Shown here: in pieces, positions 1 to 9,500 of the stretch | How positions within the stretch are numbered: position 1 is the stretch's first letter | How the letters are laid out: each line of letters begins with the position of its first letter | From: an uncultured Robiginitomaculum sp. | GTDB lineage: Bacteria > Pseudomonadota > Alphaproteobacteria > Caulobacterales > Maricaulaceae | Direction: 5' to 3' | DNA: 64,000 bases | NCBI GenBank assembly: GCA_938010385.1 | Contig: CALLVD010000014.1 | Span: 18,987-82,986, forward strand | The notes under the pieces: generated by a model | What the model saw: the letters and a program-made list of their open reading frames with translations, nothing else | Told to the model about the DNA's origin: nothing | The model's database searches: none | Position numbers and translations under genes: made by a program

Positions 1-63
1 ATCGCGCAATTCCAAGAATGGATGCCTGAAGCGCTGGAGATATACCGGGCGAAGTGCAGGTAG
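1..63 (+). CDS. 3' end of an upstream ORF (IAQFQEWMPEALEIYRAKCR*), product unknown
   Basis: Frame open from base 1 to TAG at 61-63; too short to identify. Confidence 0.3.
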   Translation: MAQFQEWMPEALEIYRAKCR

Positions 64-129
64 ATGCATCTAGATATTTCTTGACATATCATAGCTTTGA
101 ACGTATTTCCCCAAGGCAAGGAGTTAGTT

Positions 130-402
130 ATGTCTGAAATTCGTGAAAATTCATCCCCGTTTTCGTCTGAAACGCCGGCTCGCGTACGCAAGAAGTTCGC
201 GACGCAAATGGACGAGCATTTGCTGGAAGACTTGCGCGCCTATGCCAAGCAAGAGGGACGTCAGTTTCAGGCCGTCTTAGAAGATGCCGTAGAGGCCTTT
301 TTATCAGATAAAGGATTTAACCGTGCTGATCCTGAGGTTCTTGAAATCGCTCAAGGCATCATGGGACGCTACAGCGAAACTTTAAAATATCTCGCCAAAT
401 GA
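130..402 (+). CDS. Antitoxin, ribbon-helix-helix-like, partner of Doc toxin
   Basis: GGAG RBS before ATG at 130; KKFATQMDEHLLEDLRAYA resembles the RHH strand-helix; C-terminus IMGRYSETLKYLAK; ATGA overlap with the toxin. Confidence 0.7.
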   Translation: MSEIRENSSPFSSETPARVRKKFATQMDEHLLEDLRAYAKQEGRQFQAVLEDAVEAFLSDKGFNRADPEVLEIAQGIMGRYSETLKYLAK

Positions 403-776
403 GCCGGTATTATCTCGGGGCGGCCATGGTCATCGCCATTCATGATTTGCAAATTAAGGTCTTTGGCGGCGGATCAGGGATCCGTGATCAGGGGTCTTTG
501 GAAAGCGCTCTGTTCCGGCCGCAGAGCGGCTATTATGCCGACATAATTGAAGAGGCTGCCGCGCTTTGGGAAAGCTTGTCTCAAAATCACCCGTTTGTTG
601 ACGGTAACAAGCGTACGGCTATGGTATCGACCTTCGCCTTTTTGCAAAAGAACGGTGTGCGCATATCGGCCGAAAATGACGCCGTATTAGCGTTTGTGAA
701 AGCGCAATATGAAGGCCCCGGATTTACCTTCGAAGCCGCTCGCGATTGGCTGCGCGAAAACACGCAGACCCTTTAG
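399..776 (+). CDS. doc: Death-on-curing (Fic/Doc) family toxin
   Basis: HPFVDGNKRTA motif and GIRDQGSLESALFRP; 125 aa. Confidence 0.9.
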   Translation: MSRYYLGAAMVIAIHDLQIKVFGGGSGIRDQGSLESALFRPQSGYYADIIEEAAALWESLSQNHPFVDGNKRTAMVSTFAFLQKNGVRISAENDAVLAFVKAQYEGPGFTFEAARDWLRENTQTL

Positions 777-801
777 CCGACCTTTAATCAAGCGCGCTTA
801 A

Positions 802-1938
802 TCAGAGGGCGTCAGCAAACCGCTTGAACAGATAGAAACTGTCTTGCGGGCCGGGGCTGGCTTCCGGGTGATGCTGTACGGAAAAGACCGGCTTACCCTT
901 AACTTTGATGCCGCAATTTGTGCCGTCAAACAGGCTGACATGGGTTTCCTCAACTGTGTCCGGCAGGCTGTCACTGTCGACAGCAAAGCCGTGATTCATT
1001 GATACAATCTCAACTTTGTTGGTCGTGAAATCCTTGACCGGATGGTTTGCGCCGTGATGACCCTGCACCATTTTGACCGTCTTTGCGCCGAGCGCCAGCG
1101 CGAGCATTTGATGGCCCAGACAAATGCCCAGCATGGGCATGCCGCTCTCAACCAATTCGCGGATTACGGGCAGGGCAAAGCGTCCCGTCGCTTCCGGATC
1201 TCCGGGGCCGTTAGACAGCACAACGCCGTCCGGCTTTATGGCTAAAATATCTTTGGCCGGGGTTTTCGCCGTGACGACTGTGCAGGACAGGCCTTCGGCT
1301 TCGAGGCGGCGAACAATATTGCCTTTTACGCCGTAATCGATGACAACGACATGTTTGCCGCCGGATGTGCGCGGGGCGAGTGTCTCTGTACGTGTCAGCT
1401 TGCTTGCCAAATCCGCGCCGACCAAGCCGGCCCAGTTTTTAGCCTCGGCCTTTAAGGCCTTTACGTCAAACTTACCGTCGGGCGCATGAGCGATAACAGC
1501 GTTTTGCATGCCGTTGTCGCGAATATAAATGGTCAGCGCGCGCGTATCGAGGCCGGACAGGCCGATAATATTGCGCAGGCCCAGCCATGCAGCGAAATCA
1601 ACTTCATTACGGTGATTGGACGGAGCCGTAATCGGTTCACGAAAGATCGCGCCCTTGGCCGCAATTTTGGCCGGGTCGCTATAGGCTTCTTCGTCGTCAT
1701 CATTCGTGCCGACATTACCGATATGCGGGAAGGTAAAGCAGACAATCTGGTCGGCATAAGATGGGTCGGTCAGGATTTCCTGGTAGCCCGTCATGGCCGT
1801 ATTAAAGCAAACTTCGGCGGCGGCGCTGCCGACATGCCCATAGCCGCGCCCGTAAAATGTTTTTCCGTCTGCCAGCACTAAAACGCCGGTCGGCGCGTCT
1901 GTCAGGTGTTCATAAGGGTTGGGCGTCGCATCAGACAT
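802..1938 (-). CDS. carA: Carbamoyl-phosphate synthase small subunit
   Basis: [25 protein letters not shown] and HPEASPGP motifs. Confidence 0.98.
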   Translation of the reverse strand: MSDATPNPYEHLTDAPTGVLVLADGKTFYGRGYGHVGSAAAEVCFNTAMTGYQEILTDPSYADQIVCFTFPHIGNVGTNDDDEEAYSDPAKIAAKGAIFREPITAPSNHRNEVDFAAWLGLRNIIGLSGLDTRALTIYIRDNGMQNAVIAHAPDGKFDVKALKAEAKNWAGLVGADLASKLTRTETLAPRTSGGKHVVVIDYGVKGNIVRRLEAEGLSCTVVTAKTPAKDILAIKPDGVVLSNGPGDPEATGRFALPVIRELVESGMPMLGICLGHQMLALALGAKTVKMVQGHHGANHPVKDFTTNKVEIVSMNHGFAVDSDSLPDTVEETHVSLFDGTNCGIKVKGKPVFSVQHHPEASPGPQDSFYLFKRFADAL

Positions 1939-2195
1939 AAAAGGCCTCCTCTCAGGCAGGCCCTATGCCGGCATGAGTGCGAGGCTGCTCTTAACATGCC
2001 GGCGCGCCCGGTCAAGGGCGGCAAGGCTTTGCCACCGCCAATTTTTGGGCCGCAGCCATAATGAGGCGCTTACAACCGCAATACGCTTTTGACGCCCGCC
2101 CTAAAAATCTATAAGAAAGGCGATTACGCTGCGATGCTTTTGCATTTGCCGCCCCTTTCACCCGCTTTGCAAAAAGCGAAAAAGAAAGCCTGATT

Positions 2196-2657
2196 ATGGC
2201 CCTGCGCGACGAAATTTCTGACGGCACAAAAACTGCTATGAAGGCGAAAGACAAGTTGTCTCTGGCGACCTTGCGGCTTGTATCTGCTGCGATTAAAGAC
2301 CGCGATATTGCCGCCCGGTCCGAGGATCGCTGCGACGGTATTGATGAAGGCGAGATTCTGTCTCTGCTGGCAAAAATGGTCAAGCAGCGCGAAGAAAGCG
2401 CGAAAGTGTATGACGATAATGCCCGCCCTGATTTGGCCGAGCAGGAACGTCTCGAGATTGACGTCATTCGCCGTTATATGCCCAAAGCGCTCAGCGATGC
2501 CGAAACGGAAGCGGCTGTCGCAGAGGCTGTGGAGGGCTGCGGCGCGACCTGCCTGAAAGATATGGGCAAGATTATGGGCCGATTAAAAACTCAATATGCC
2601 GGCCGTATGGACATGGGCAAAGCCGGCAAATTAGTGCGCGAACGCTTGGCGGGATAG
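2196..2657 (+). CDS. yqeY: GatB/YqeY domain protein
   Basis: KTAMKAKD, MVKQREES, KDMGKIMG motifs; divergent from carA as usual in Alphaproteobacteria. Confidence 0.93.
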   Translation: MALRDEISDGTKTAMKAKDKLSLATLRLVSAAIKDRDIAARSEDRCDGIDEGEILSLLAKMVKQREESAKVYDDNARPDLAEQERLEIDVIRRYMPKALSDAETEAAVAEAVEGCGATCLKDMGKIMGRLKTQYAGRMDMGKAGKLVRERLAG

Positions 2658-2715
2658 CCGGGCTCAGCCCTGATTGTTTCGGCCGCTCGCTGATAACAGC
2701 TGCCTTTACCGAATC

Positions 2716-2755
2716 AAAATCCCGCTTGCCGCGCCTGCGCAGCAAGCGGGATTTT
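2716..2755. terminator. Inverted repeat, likely intrinsic terminator after yqeY
   Basis: AAAATCCCGCTTG...CAAGCGGGATTTT, 13-bp arms. Confidence 0.65.
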
Positions 2756-2849
2756 AATAGTGTTGATAAGCCTCGGGGCCGCGCTCTGGACGGCGAACAC
2801 TGCATATGCAACACAATCGCCATATAAAAACACAGTATAATGGGGATGT

Positions 2850-4439
2850 ATGCCGATTAAGATTGCGCGCAAAGGGTTTTACCAAGGGTTCAGCCGTCCG
2901 GTGACCGTTGTCTCAAAGTTTTTAATCGGCGCCTTAATTTTATGGGCCGTAGTTTTCCCTCAAAGCGCCGGCGATGTTTTGTCCGCCCTGCAATCAAAAT
3001 CAACAGGTGTTTTCGGGGCATGGTATATTTGGGTGACCGCCTGGTTTGTCACCTTATGTATCGGGCTGGCGCTTTGGCCAAAGTCCGGGCGTATCCGTTT
3101 AGGCGCTCCGGATGAACGGCCGGAGTTTTCAAACTTTTCTTGGCTGTCCATGATGTTTGGCGCGGGTATCGGTGTCGGCATGCTGACCTTTTCAACCGCA
3201 GAGCCGCTTTTTCATTTTACCAACAGCCCTGATGTTATTTTGGGAAATTCCACAGCGGCGAATGCGGATAATGTTCGTAATGCTTATAAATGGGCTTTTC
3301 TGCATTACGGTCTGACGCCGTGGTCGATATACGGCATTGTCGGTCTGTCTTTGGCATTTTTCTCTTACAATCGCGGGCGGTCTTTGACGATACGTTCCGG
3401 CTTGCGTCCGATATTCGGGCGCGCGCTCGACGGGGCGCTGGGCCACGCTGTCGATATTGCCGCCATTATCGCCACGATTATCGGCATCGGCGTCACGCTC
3501 GGTTATGGCGTGTCGCAACTCGCAACAGGATTTCATAAAATTATCGGCGCGGATTGGATGATGAATGCCGGTAAGCCGGGTATTGCCGCGCTGCTGATTA
3601 GCCTGACACTGATTATCGTTGTGTCCATCGGGTCGGCTTTGTCCGGGATCGGGCGCGGGATTAAATGGCTGTCCAATGTGAATATGGGTTTGTCGATATT
3701 CCTTTTGCTGTTCTTTTTAGTGTTCGGCTCTGCCGTTTTTGCCTTTAAAGCGTTTTTTATCACCCTGTGGGATTACCTGATTAATTTCCCGAAAATGGCT
3801 GTGACGGTTTACGGCGGCGGAGCCGATGAAACCGCGCAAGCGCTGAAATCCTGGCAGGGGAGTTGGTCGATTTTTTACTGGGCGTGGTGGATTGCGTTTG
3901 CGCCCTTTGTGGGATTGTTTTTAGCGCGCGTATCGCGCGGACGCACGATTCGCGAATTTGTCCTGGGCGCGATGATTGTGCCGGCGCTGGTCTGTTTGAC
4001 GTGGCTGGTTGTTGTTGGCGGAACAGCCATGAGCTTGGAGCTGGACGGTACGGCAGGCGGGGCTATTTTAAACGCTGATATTTCCGCGCAGTTATTCAGC
4101 ACAATTGACTTTCTGGTCTCGCCTGCGGCCGCTTTGGCGCTTGCTGTGATAATCGTCATTCTACTGGTAACGTTCTTGGTGACCTCCGCGGACTCAGCCA
4201 TCTTAATTATCAATACGATTGCATCCGGCGGCGATGAGAGCGGCAAGCATCCCAAACATATTATCATTTGGGGCGTGATATTAGGCGCCGTGGTCGGCGT
4301 TCTGCTTAAAAGCGGCGGTTTGGACGCCTTGCGCTCGGCAATGATTATCGGCGCGCTGCCGTTCTCGCTGGTCATGGCCCTGATGGGCATTGCGCTGATT
4401 AAGGCAATAGTCTTTCCGAAACGGCCTGAAGCCAAATAA
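2850..4439 (+). CDS. BCCT family transporter (betaine/choline/carnitine)
   Basis: PEFSNFSWLSMMFGAGIGVG, YWAWWIAFAPFVG and SRGRTIREF motifs; multiple TM helices. Confidence 0.95.
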   Translation: MPIKIARKGFYQGFSRPVTVVSKFLIGALILWAVVFPQSAGDVLSALQSKSTGVFGAWYIWVTAWFVTLCIGLALWPKSGRIRLGAPDERPEFSNFSWLSMMFGAGIGVGMLTFSTAEPLFHFTNSPDVILGNSTAANADNVRNAYKWAFLHYGLTPWSIYGIVGLSLAFFSYNRGRSLTIRSGLRPIFGRALDGALGHAVDIAAIIATIIGIGVTLGYGVSQLATGFHKIIGADWMMNAGKPGIAALLISLTLIIVVSIGSALSGIGRGIKWLSNVNMGLSIFLLLFFLVFGSAVFAFKAFFITLWDYLINFPKMAVTVYGGGADETAQALKSWQGSWSIFYWAWWIAFAPFVGLFLARVSRGRTIREFVLGAMIVPALVCLTWLVVVGGTAMSLELDGTAGGAILNADISAQLFSTIDFLVSPAAALALAVIIVILLVTFLVTSADSAILIINTIASGGDESGKHPKHIIIWGVILGAVVGVLLKSGGLDALRSAMIIGALPFSLVMALMGIALIKAIVFPKRPEAK

Positions 4440-4693
4440 AAGAGGCAAAATAAAACCTGCGCCTATGGTTAATCCTCAAGCTGCGCGGATTTCCTTCTTA
4501 AGTTCCTGGGCGCAGCCTCAAAAAGAGATTTATTGACTTTGGTAAATCATGCCGCAAGTGAATCCGGGAAGCGCGACGTAATATTTACGCTGCTTGAAAG
4601 CGATTAAATATCGGGAATCGCTTTGGCACGCTACGCACTTGTGGTAACTTAACCCTGAATTTAATTTTCGGGGATTATTTGGGGCGGGGCGTT

Positions 4694-5074
4694 ATGAAAA
4701 AAGCTGTAGGAGTGGCACTGTTGTTTGCTGTCGGTGCATATTTAGCCGGCATGCCGCAATATTTTTCAGTTTTAAGTTTCTTTGTTATTATCGCTGTTTG
4801 TAAATTTGGGCTTTATCATCGTCTGATTGGCACGCTCAGCGCTTTGCTTATGATTTGGGGCCTTTCGGTTGTCGCCTTCGGCGTTCCGGGTTTTCCGGAC
4901 TTGGCGAGTAAAAACTGGGATAAAATTTCTGAAACTGAATTGCCGTTTAAAAAGCAAACGAGCGTAGAAGACAAGCTGGCCAAGCTCGACAGTTTGCGCG
5001 ATTCCGGTGCCATTACGCCGGCAGAATATGATAAGCTTCGGGCAGAGATATTGGCCAACTTCGCAAAGCCGTAA
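4694..5074 (+). CDS. Membrane protein with C-terminal SHOCT domain
   Basis: Hydrophobic N-terminus; LAKLDSLRDSGAITPAEYDKLRAEIL is a typical SHOCT pattern. Confidence 0.8.
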   Translation: MKKAVGVALLFAVGAYLAGMPQYFSVLSFFVIIAVCKFGLYHRLIGTLSALLMIWGLSVVAFGVPGFPDLASKNWDKISETELPFKKQTSVEDKLAKLDSLRDSGAITPAEYDKLRAEILANFAKP

Positions 5075-5135
5075 ATATAAAACAGTGTAGATATGCGCGC
5101 CCGCGTGATAGCCTGCCTTAAAGCAGGAGATCCAT

Positions 5136-6533
5136 ATGAGCGAAACCGAATTAGCCTGTGATTATTTGGTCGTCGGCAGCGGCGCCGTCGGCATGGCATT
5201 TGTGGATACGCTTTTGACCGAAACAGATGCCACGGTCATCATTGTTGATCGTTACGCCGCGCCGGGCGGGCATTGGAATGTCGCCTATCCGTTTGTCACC
5301 CTGCATCAACCGTCTCAATTTTACGGCGTGGCCTCTAAAGAATTATCAACCGGCAAGAAAGATCAAACCGGGCTGAACGCGGGGCTATACGACCTCGCCT
5401 CGGGCGCGCAGGTGAAGGCCTATTTTGACGATGTCATGCGCCATACCTTTCTGCCGAGCGGCCGCGTGCAATATTTCCCAATGTGCGATTACAAAGGCGA
5501 CGGGGCCTTCACGCAAATCCTGTCAGGCAAAAGCCATAAGGTGACCTTTAAGAAATTCGTCGATGCGACTCATTTGAAAACGAGCGTGCCGTCAACCCAT
5601 ACGCCTAATTTTGACATTGACGAGGGCGTTCGGTTTATGCCGCTTAATGATTTGCCGCGGCTTGATACGGCGCCGGACGGTTATGTGATTATCGGCGGCG
5701 GTAAAACCGGCATCGACGCCTGTCTCTGGCTTATGGAATCCGGCGCGAACCCGGACGATATTACGTGGATTGTTTCGCGCGATGCCTGGCTGCTCAACCG
5801 TAAGAACACCCAGCCGAGCATGGAGTTTTTTGAATACACGATGGGCGCGCAGGCGGGGCAGTTTGAATCAATCGCGAATGCCGAAAGCTTTGACGATATG
5901 TATGACCGGCTGGAAGCGTGCGGCTATTTTCTGCGGCTTGACCCTGAGGTGCGGCCGACCATGTTCCACGGCGCAACCATCAGCGAAGCGGAGCTGAAAG
6001 AGCTGCGCAGGATTAAAAGCATTGTCCGCATGGGCCGGGTCAGCCGGGTTGGATTAAAGGAAATAACGCTGGCCGCCGGCACGCATGCCGTCACGCCGAA
6101 CACAGTCCATATCGATTGCTCTGCCAGCGCCATCACCAATGCAGAGATTAAGCCGGTCTTTGACGGCGATACCATCACGCCGCAAACCGTGCGCTCTTAC
6201 CAGCCGGTCTTCTCCGCGTCTTTTATTGCTCACATTGAAGCGTCAGATCGCAGCGAAGCGGAGAAGAACAAGCTCTGCACCGTGGTTCCGCTGCCTAACT
6301 CGACCCAGGACTATCTGCACATGACGGCGGCGATGATGGTGAACCAGTTTAACTGGGGCCAAGATAAATCCATTCGTAAATGGCTACTTGAAAACCGTCT
6401 TGATGGCTTTTCCGATATGATTGCGCAGCTTGAAAAGACAGACACGGAGCGCATGGCGATTATGGGCCGGCTGCGTGATAACGCTTTCCCGGCCATAGGT
6501 AAGCTGAAACAGTTTATCGCAGAGCTCTCATAG
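5136..6533 (+). CDS. FAD/NAD(P)-dependent oxidoreductase
   Basis: Two Rossmann motifs (VVGSGAVG, IIGGGKTG) and PGGHWN; AGGAG RBS. Confidence 0.85.
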   Translation: MSETELACDYLVVGSGAVGMAFVDTLLTETDATVIIVDRYAAPGGHWNVAYPFVTLHQPSQFYGVASKELSTGKKDQTGLNAGLYDLASGAQVKAYFDDVMRHTFLPSGRVQYFPMCDYKGDGAFTQILSGKSHKVTFKKFVDATHLKTSVPSTHTPNFDIDEGVRFMPLNDLPRLDTAPDGYVIIGGGKTGIDACLWLMESGANPDDITWIVSRDAWLLNRKNTQPSMEFFEYTMGAQAGQFESIANAESFDDMYDRLEACGYFLRLDPEVRPTMFHGATISEAELKELRRIKSIVRMGRVSRVGLKEITLAAGTHAVTPNTVHIDCSASAITNAEIKPVFDGDTITPQTVRSYQPVFSASFIAHIEASDRSEAEKNKLCTVVPLPNSTQDYLHMTAAMMVNQFNWGQDKSIRKWLLENRLDGFSDMIAQLEKTDTERMAIMGRLRDNAFPAIGKLKQFIAELS

Positions 6534-6608
6534 ATTGGCGATTGCCGGACCTCTGATTTGCGTTTATGCATATGCAACAAAGTGCATAATGACACACGGG
6601 AGTGCCCA

Positions 6609-7781
6609 ATGACTGATTTAGAAACGTTTCGCACCGAGACCTGCGCCTGGCTGGAAGACAACTGCCCTGCGGAAATGCGCACGGATATGAGCGGCGACAA
6701 TGATGCCTGTTGGGGCGGCCGCAACTTCAAATTCCAAAGCGAGGCGCAAAAGGTTTGGCTGGAGCGCTGCGCCGCCAAAGGCTTTACCGCGCCGTCTTGG
6801 GATAAAAAATATGGCGGCGCCGGCCTTAACCGCGCCCAAGAACAGGTGCTGCGCCAAGAGATGAAGCGCATTAATGCCCGCCCGCCGCTCTCCTCATTCG
6901 GCGTTTGGATGCTGGGTCCTGCGCTGTTAAAATTCGGGTCCGAAGACCAAAAGCTGGAATATCTGCCGCCGATTACGCGCGGCGAAATCCGCTGGTGCCA
7001 AGGCTATTCAGAGCCGGGCTCAGGCTCCGACTTGGCGTCGCTGCAAACCAAAGCCGAAGATAAGGGCGATCATTATCTGGTCAACGGGCAAAAGGTTTGG
7101 ACGTCCTATGCTGATAAGGCCGATTGGATTTTTTGTCTGGTGCGCACTGATAATTCCGGCAGCAAGCATGAGGGCATTTCATTCCTGCTGTTTGATATGG
7201 AAACCCCCGGCGTTGAGGCCAAACCGATTAAACTGATTTCCGGCAAAAGCCCGTTTTGCGAAACCTTCCTGACCGATGTCAAAGTGCCCAAACGCAATCT
7301 GGTCAATGAAGAAGGCCAGGGCTGGAACATTGCCAAATATCTGCTGACCCATGAGCGCGAAATGATCGGGGAAACCGGCGCGGCGCGGCCCGTGTCTGAG
7401 ATGGCCGTGGACCTTGCCGGACTGGAAGACGGCAAGCTGGCCGACCCGATTTTGCGCGGCGAGATTGCGCAAGCCGAAGTCGATGATTGGGCGTTTAAAA
7501 TGACGATGGGGCGGATGCTCGGCGAGGCAAAAGCCGGCGCATCGCTCGGCGCGAAATCATCGATGCTGAAATATTATGGCACGGAATTAAATAAGCGCCG
7601 CTATGAGCTGCTAATGGACGCGGCCGGCGGTGACGGTTTGGAATGGGAAGGCGAGCGCTCTGATGACGGGCGCCTGGCCAAATCCTGGATGCGAACCAAA
7701 GGCAATTCCATTGAAGGCGGCACGTCCGAAGTCATGCTGAACATTGTTGCCAAGCGCGTGCTTGACATGCCGGGAGCGTAG
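6609..7781 (+). CDS. Acyl-CoA dehydrogenase (probable catalytic subunit of a pair)
   Basis: WCQGYSEPGSGSDLASL, NGQKVWTS, LTHERE and SIEGGTSE motifs. Confidence 0.93.
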   Translation: MTDLETFRTETCAWLEDNCPAEMRTDMSGDNDACWGGRNFKFQSEAQKVWLERCAAKGFTAPSWDKKYGGAGLNRAQEQVLRQEMKRINARPPLSSFGVWMLGPALLKFGSEDQKLEYLPPITRGEIRWCQGYSEPGSGSDLASLQTKAEDKGDHYLVNGQKVWTSYADKADWIFCLVRTDNSGSKHEGISFLLFDMETPGVEAKPIKLISGKSPFCETFLTDVKVPKRNLVNEEGQGWNIAKYLLTHEREMIGETGAARPVSEMAVDLAGLEDGKLADPILRGEIAQAEVDDWAFKMTMGRMLGEAKAGASLGAKSSMLKYYGTELNKRRYELLMDAAGGDGLEWEGERSDDGRLAKSWMRTKGNSIEGGTSEVMLNIVAKRVLDMPGA

Positions 7782-7783
7782 AC

Positions 7784-8923
7784 ATGGGACTTTTGCTTAA
7801 TGAGGACGAAGTGATGATCCGCGATATGGCGGAAGGTTTTTTCGCCGATAAAGCGCCGGTGTCCGAGCTGCGCCGCCTTCGCGACACGAAAGACGAAACC
7901 GGATTTGACCGCGCGCTTTGGACTGAAATGGCGCAGATGGGCTTTGCCGGCGTTCTGATTGATGACGATCACGGCGGCAACGGCATGGGCTATATGGCCG
8001 CCGGATTAATTGCTGAGCAAATCGGCAAGAACCTGTCGGCCACGCCGTTTCTCTCTACCGCCGTTTTGGCGGCGACGGCTTTGTCCAAGGGCGGCAGTGA
8101 GGCGCAGAAATCAGAGTGGCTTCCGAAAATCGCAGACGGCAGCACAATCATGGCGCTGGCGCTGGATGAAGGCGGAAAGCACAATCCGAAAAAGACAGCA
8201 ACGACGGCTGAAAAATCCGGAAACGGGTTTAAGTTAAACGGCTCCAAAGCCATGGTCGCGGACGGTCATGTGGCGGACAAGCTGATTGTCGTCGCGCGAA
8301 CCTCGGGCGATGTCGGTGACCCGGACGGCCTGTCGCTGTTTCTGGTCGACCCTAAAGCAGACGGCGTCAGCGTGGAGCGCACCATCATGGCCGACAGCCG
8401 TAACAGCGCGCGGGTCGAGCTTGATAATGTGGAAGTGGATGGCGACGCCGTTCTCGGCGATATCGAAAGCGGCGACGCCACGCTGGACGCGGTCTTAAAA
8501 GCCGGCCGCGCGGCTTTGTCAGCAGAGCTGCTCGGCGCGGGGCAGGAGGCGTTTGACCAAACCCTCGGCTATCTGAAAGAGCGCAAGCAATTCGGCAAAA
8601 TTATCGGCGAGTTTCAGGCGCTGCAGCACCGGGCCGCACATATGTATGGCGAGATTGAAGTCGCGCGCTCGGCCGTCTTGGCCGCGCTGACCGCGCTGGA
8701 TTCCGGTGACGAAAACGCAGACCTCTATGTCTCAATGACGAAGGCCAAGCTGGGCAAAACTGCCAAGCATATTTCCGTTGAAGGCATACAGCTTCACGGC
8801 GGCGTCGGCATGACCGACGAATATGATATCGGCCTGTTTTCCAAACGCATCCGCGTTGCCCAAGAAATGTTCGGCGATGCCAATTTTCAACTCGATAAAA
8901 TCGCGAGCGCTAAGAAGTTTTAG
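7784..8923 (+). CDS. Acyl-CoA dehydrogenase (partner subunit)
   Basis: RKQFGKIIGEFQALQH and QLHGGVGMT; starts 2 nt after the previous stop. Confidence 0.93.
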   Translation: MGLLLNEDEVMIRDMAEGFFADKAPVSELRRLRDTKDETGFDRALWTEMAQMGFAGVLIDDDHGGNGMGYMAAGLIAEQIGKNLSATPFLSTAVLAATALSKGGSEAQKSEWLPKIADGSTIMALALDEGGKHNPKKTATTAEKSGNGFKLNGSKAMVADGHVADKLIVVARTSGDVGDPDGLSLFLVDPKADGVSVERTIMADSRNSARVELDNVEVDGDAVLGDIESGDATLDAVLKAGRAALSAELLGAGQEAFDQTLGYLKERKQFGKIIGEFQALQHRAAHMYGEIEVARSAVLAALTALDSGDENADLYVSMTKAKLGKTAKHISVEGIQLHGGVGMTDEYDIGLFSKRIRVAQEMFGDANFQLDKIASAKKF

Positions 8924-8957
8924 GCGGCGTCCACCCGCATAGAAAACAAGGGGGAGC

Positions 8958-9422
8958 TTAGTAAGGCTCCCCTTTTTTGTTAACATAAACCCGGTTCGGT
9001 GTGCCGTTCGCCGGAATGGCTAAGTCTACGTCAGGATAAACGCCGCTGTCACGTTCCGGCGTTCGCGAGCCGACAACCAGATAAACAACATCTGTATCGG
9101 TCTCATTGATCATGTGATGAGCATTGCCGTCGCCGGCCGGGTGCGCGGTGCAAGCGCCGGGTTTCAAGGTCTGCCGCCCGTGATCGTCTATAAACGTCGG
9201 ATGACCGGAAACGATATACACAAACTCATCTTCCGCCGTGTGGTAATGCCGTTGTGACGACCAAGCGCCGGGCGCGAGGGTCAACAGGTTTGCGCCAAAT
9301 TGGGTTAACCCGCCGGCGTCGCCCAATTTGAGGTTTGAGCGGTTAACACACGGCGCGTCAAACGGGGCAGGGTATGTACTTCCGGTTTTGGGAGCGATTG
9401 AATTGATATTAATGACGGGCAT
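8958..9422 (-). CDS. Cupin domain protein
   Basis: SSQRHYHTAEDEFVY and AHHMIN metal motifs; AAGGAG RBS supports a start at 9422. Confidence 0.88.
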   Translation of the reverse strand: MPVININSIAPKTGSTYPAPFDAPCVNRSNLKLGDAGGLTQFGANLLTLAPGAWSSQRHYHTAEDEFVYIVSGHPTFIDDHGRQTLKPGACTAHPAGDGNAHHMINETDTDVVYLVVGSRTPERDSGVYPDVDLAIPANGTPNRVYVNKKGEPY

Positions 9423-9500
9423 GGGGTCTCCTTCTTGCGCCATCGTATCGCACGCCGCGCCGGCTTGCCATAGCGGGCGTGATAGGCTTTAACCGCGCTC

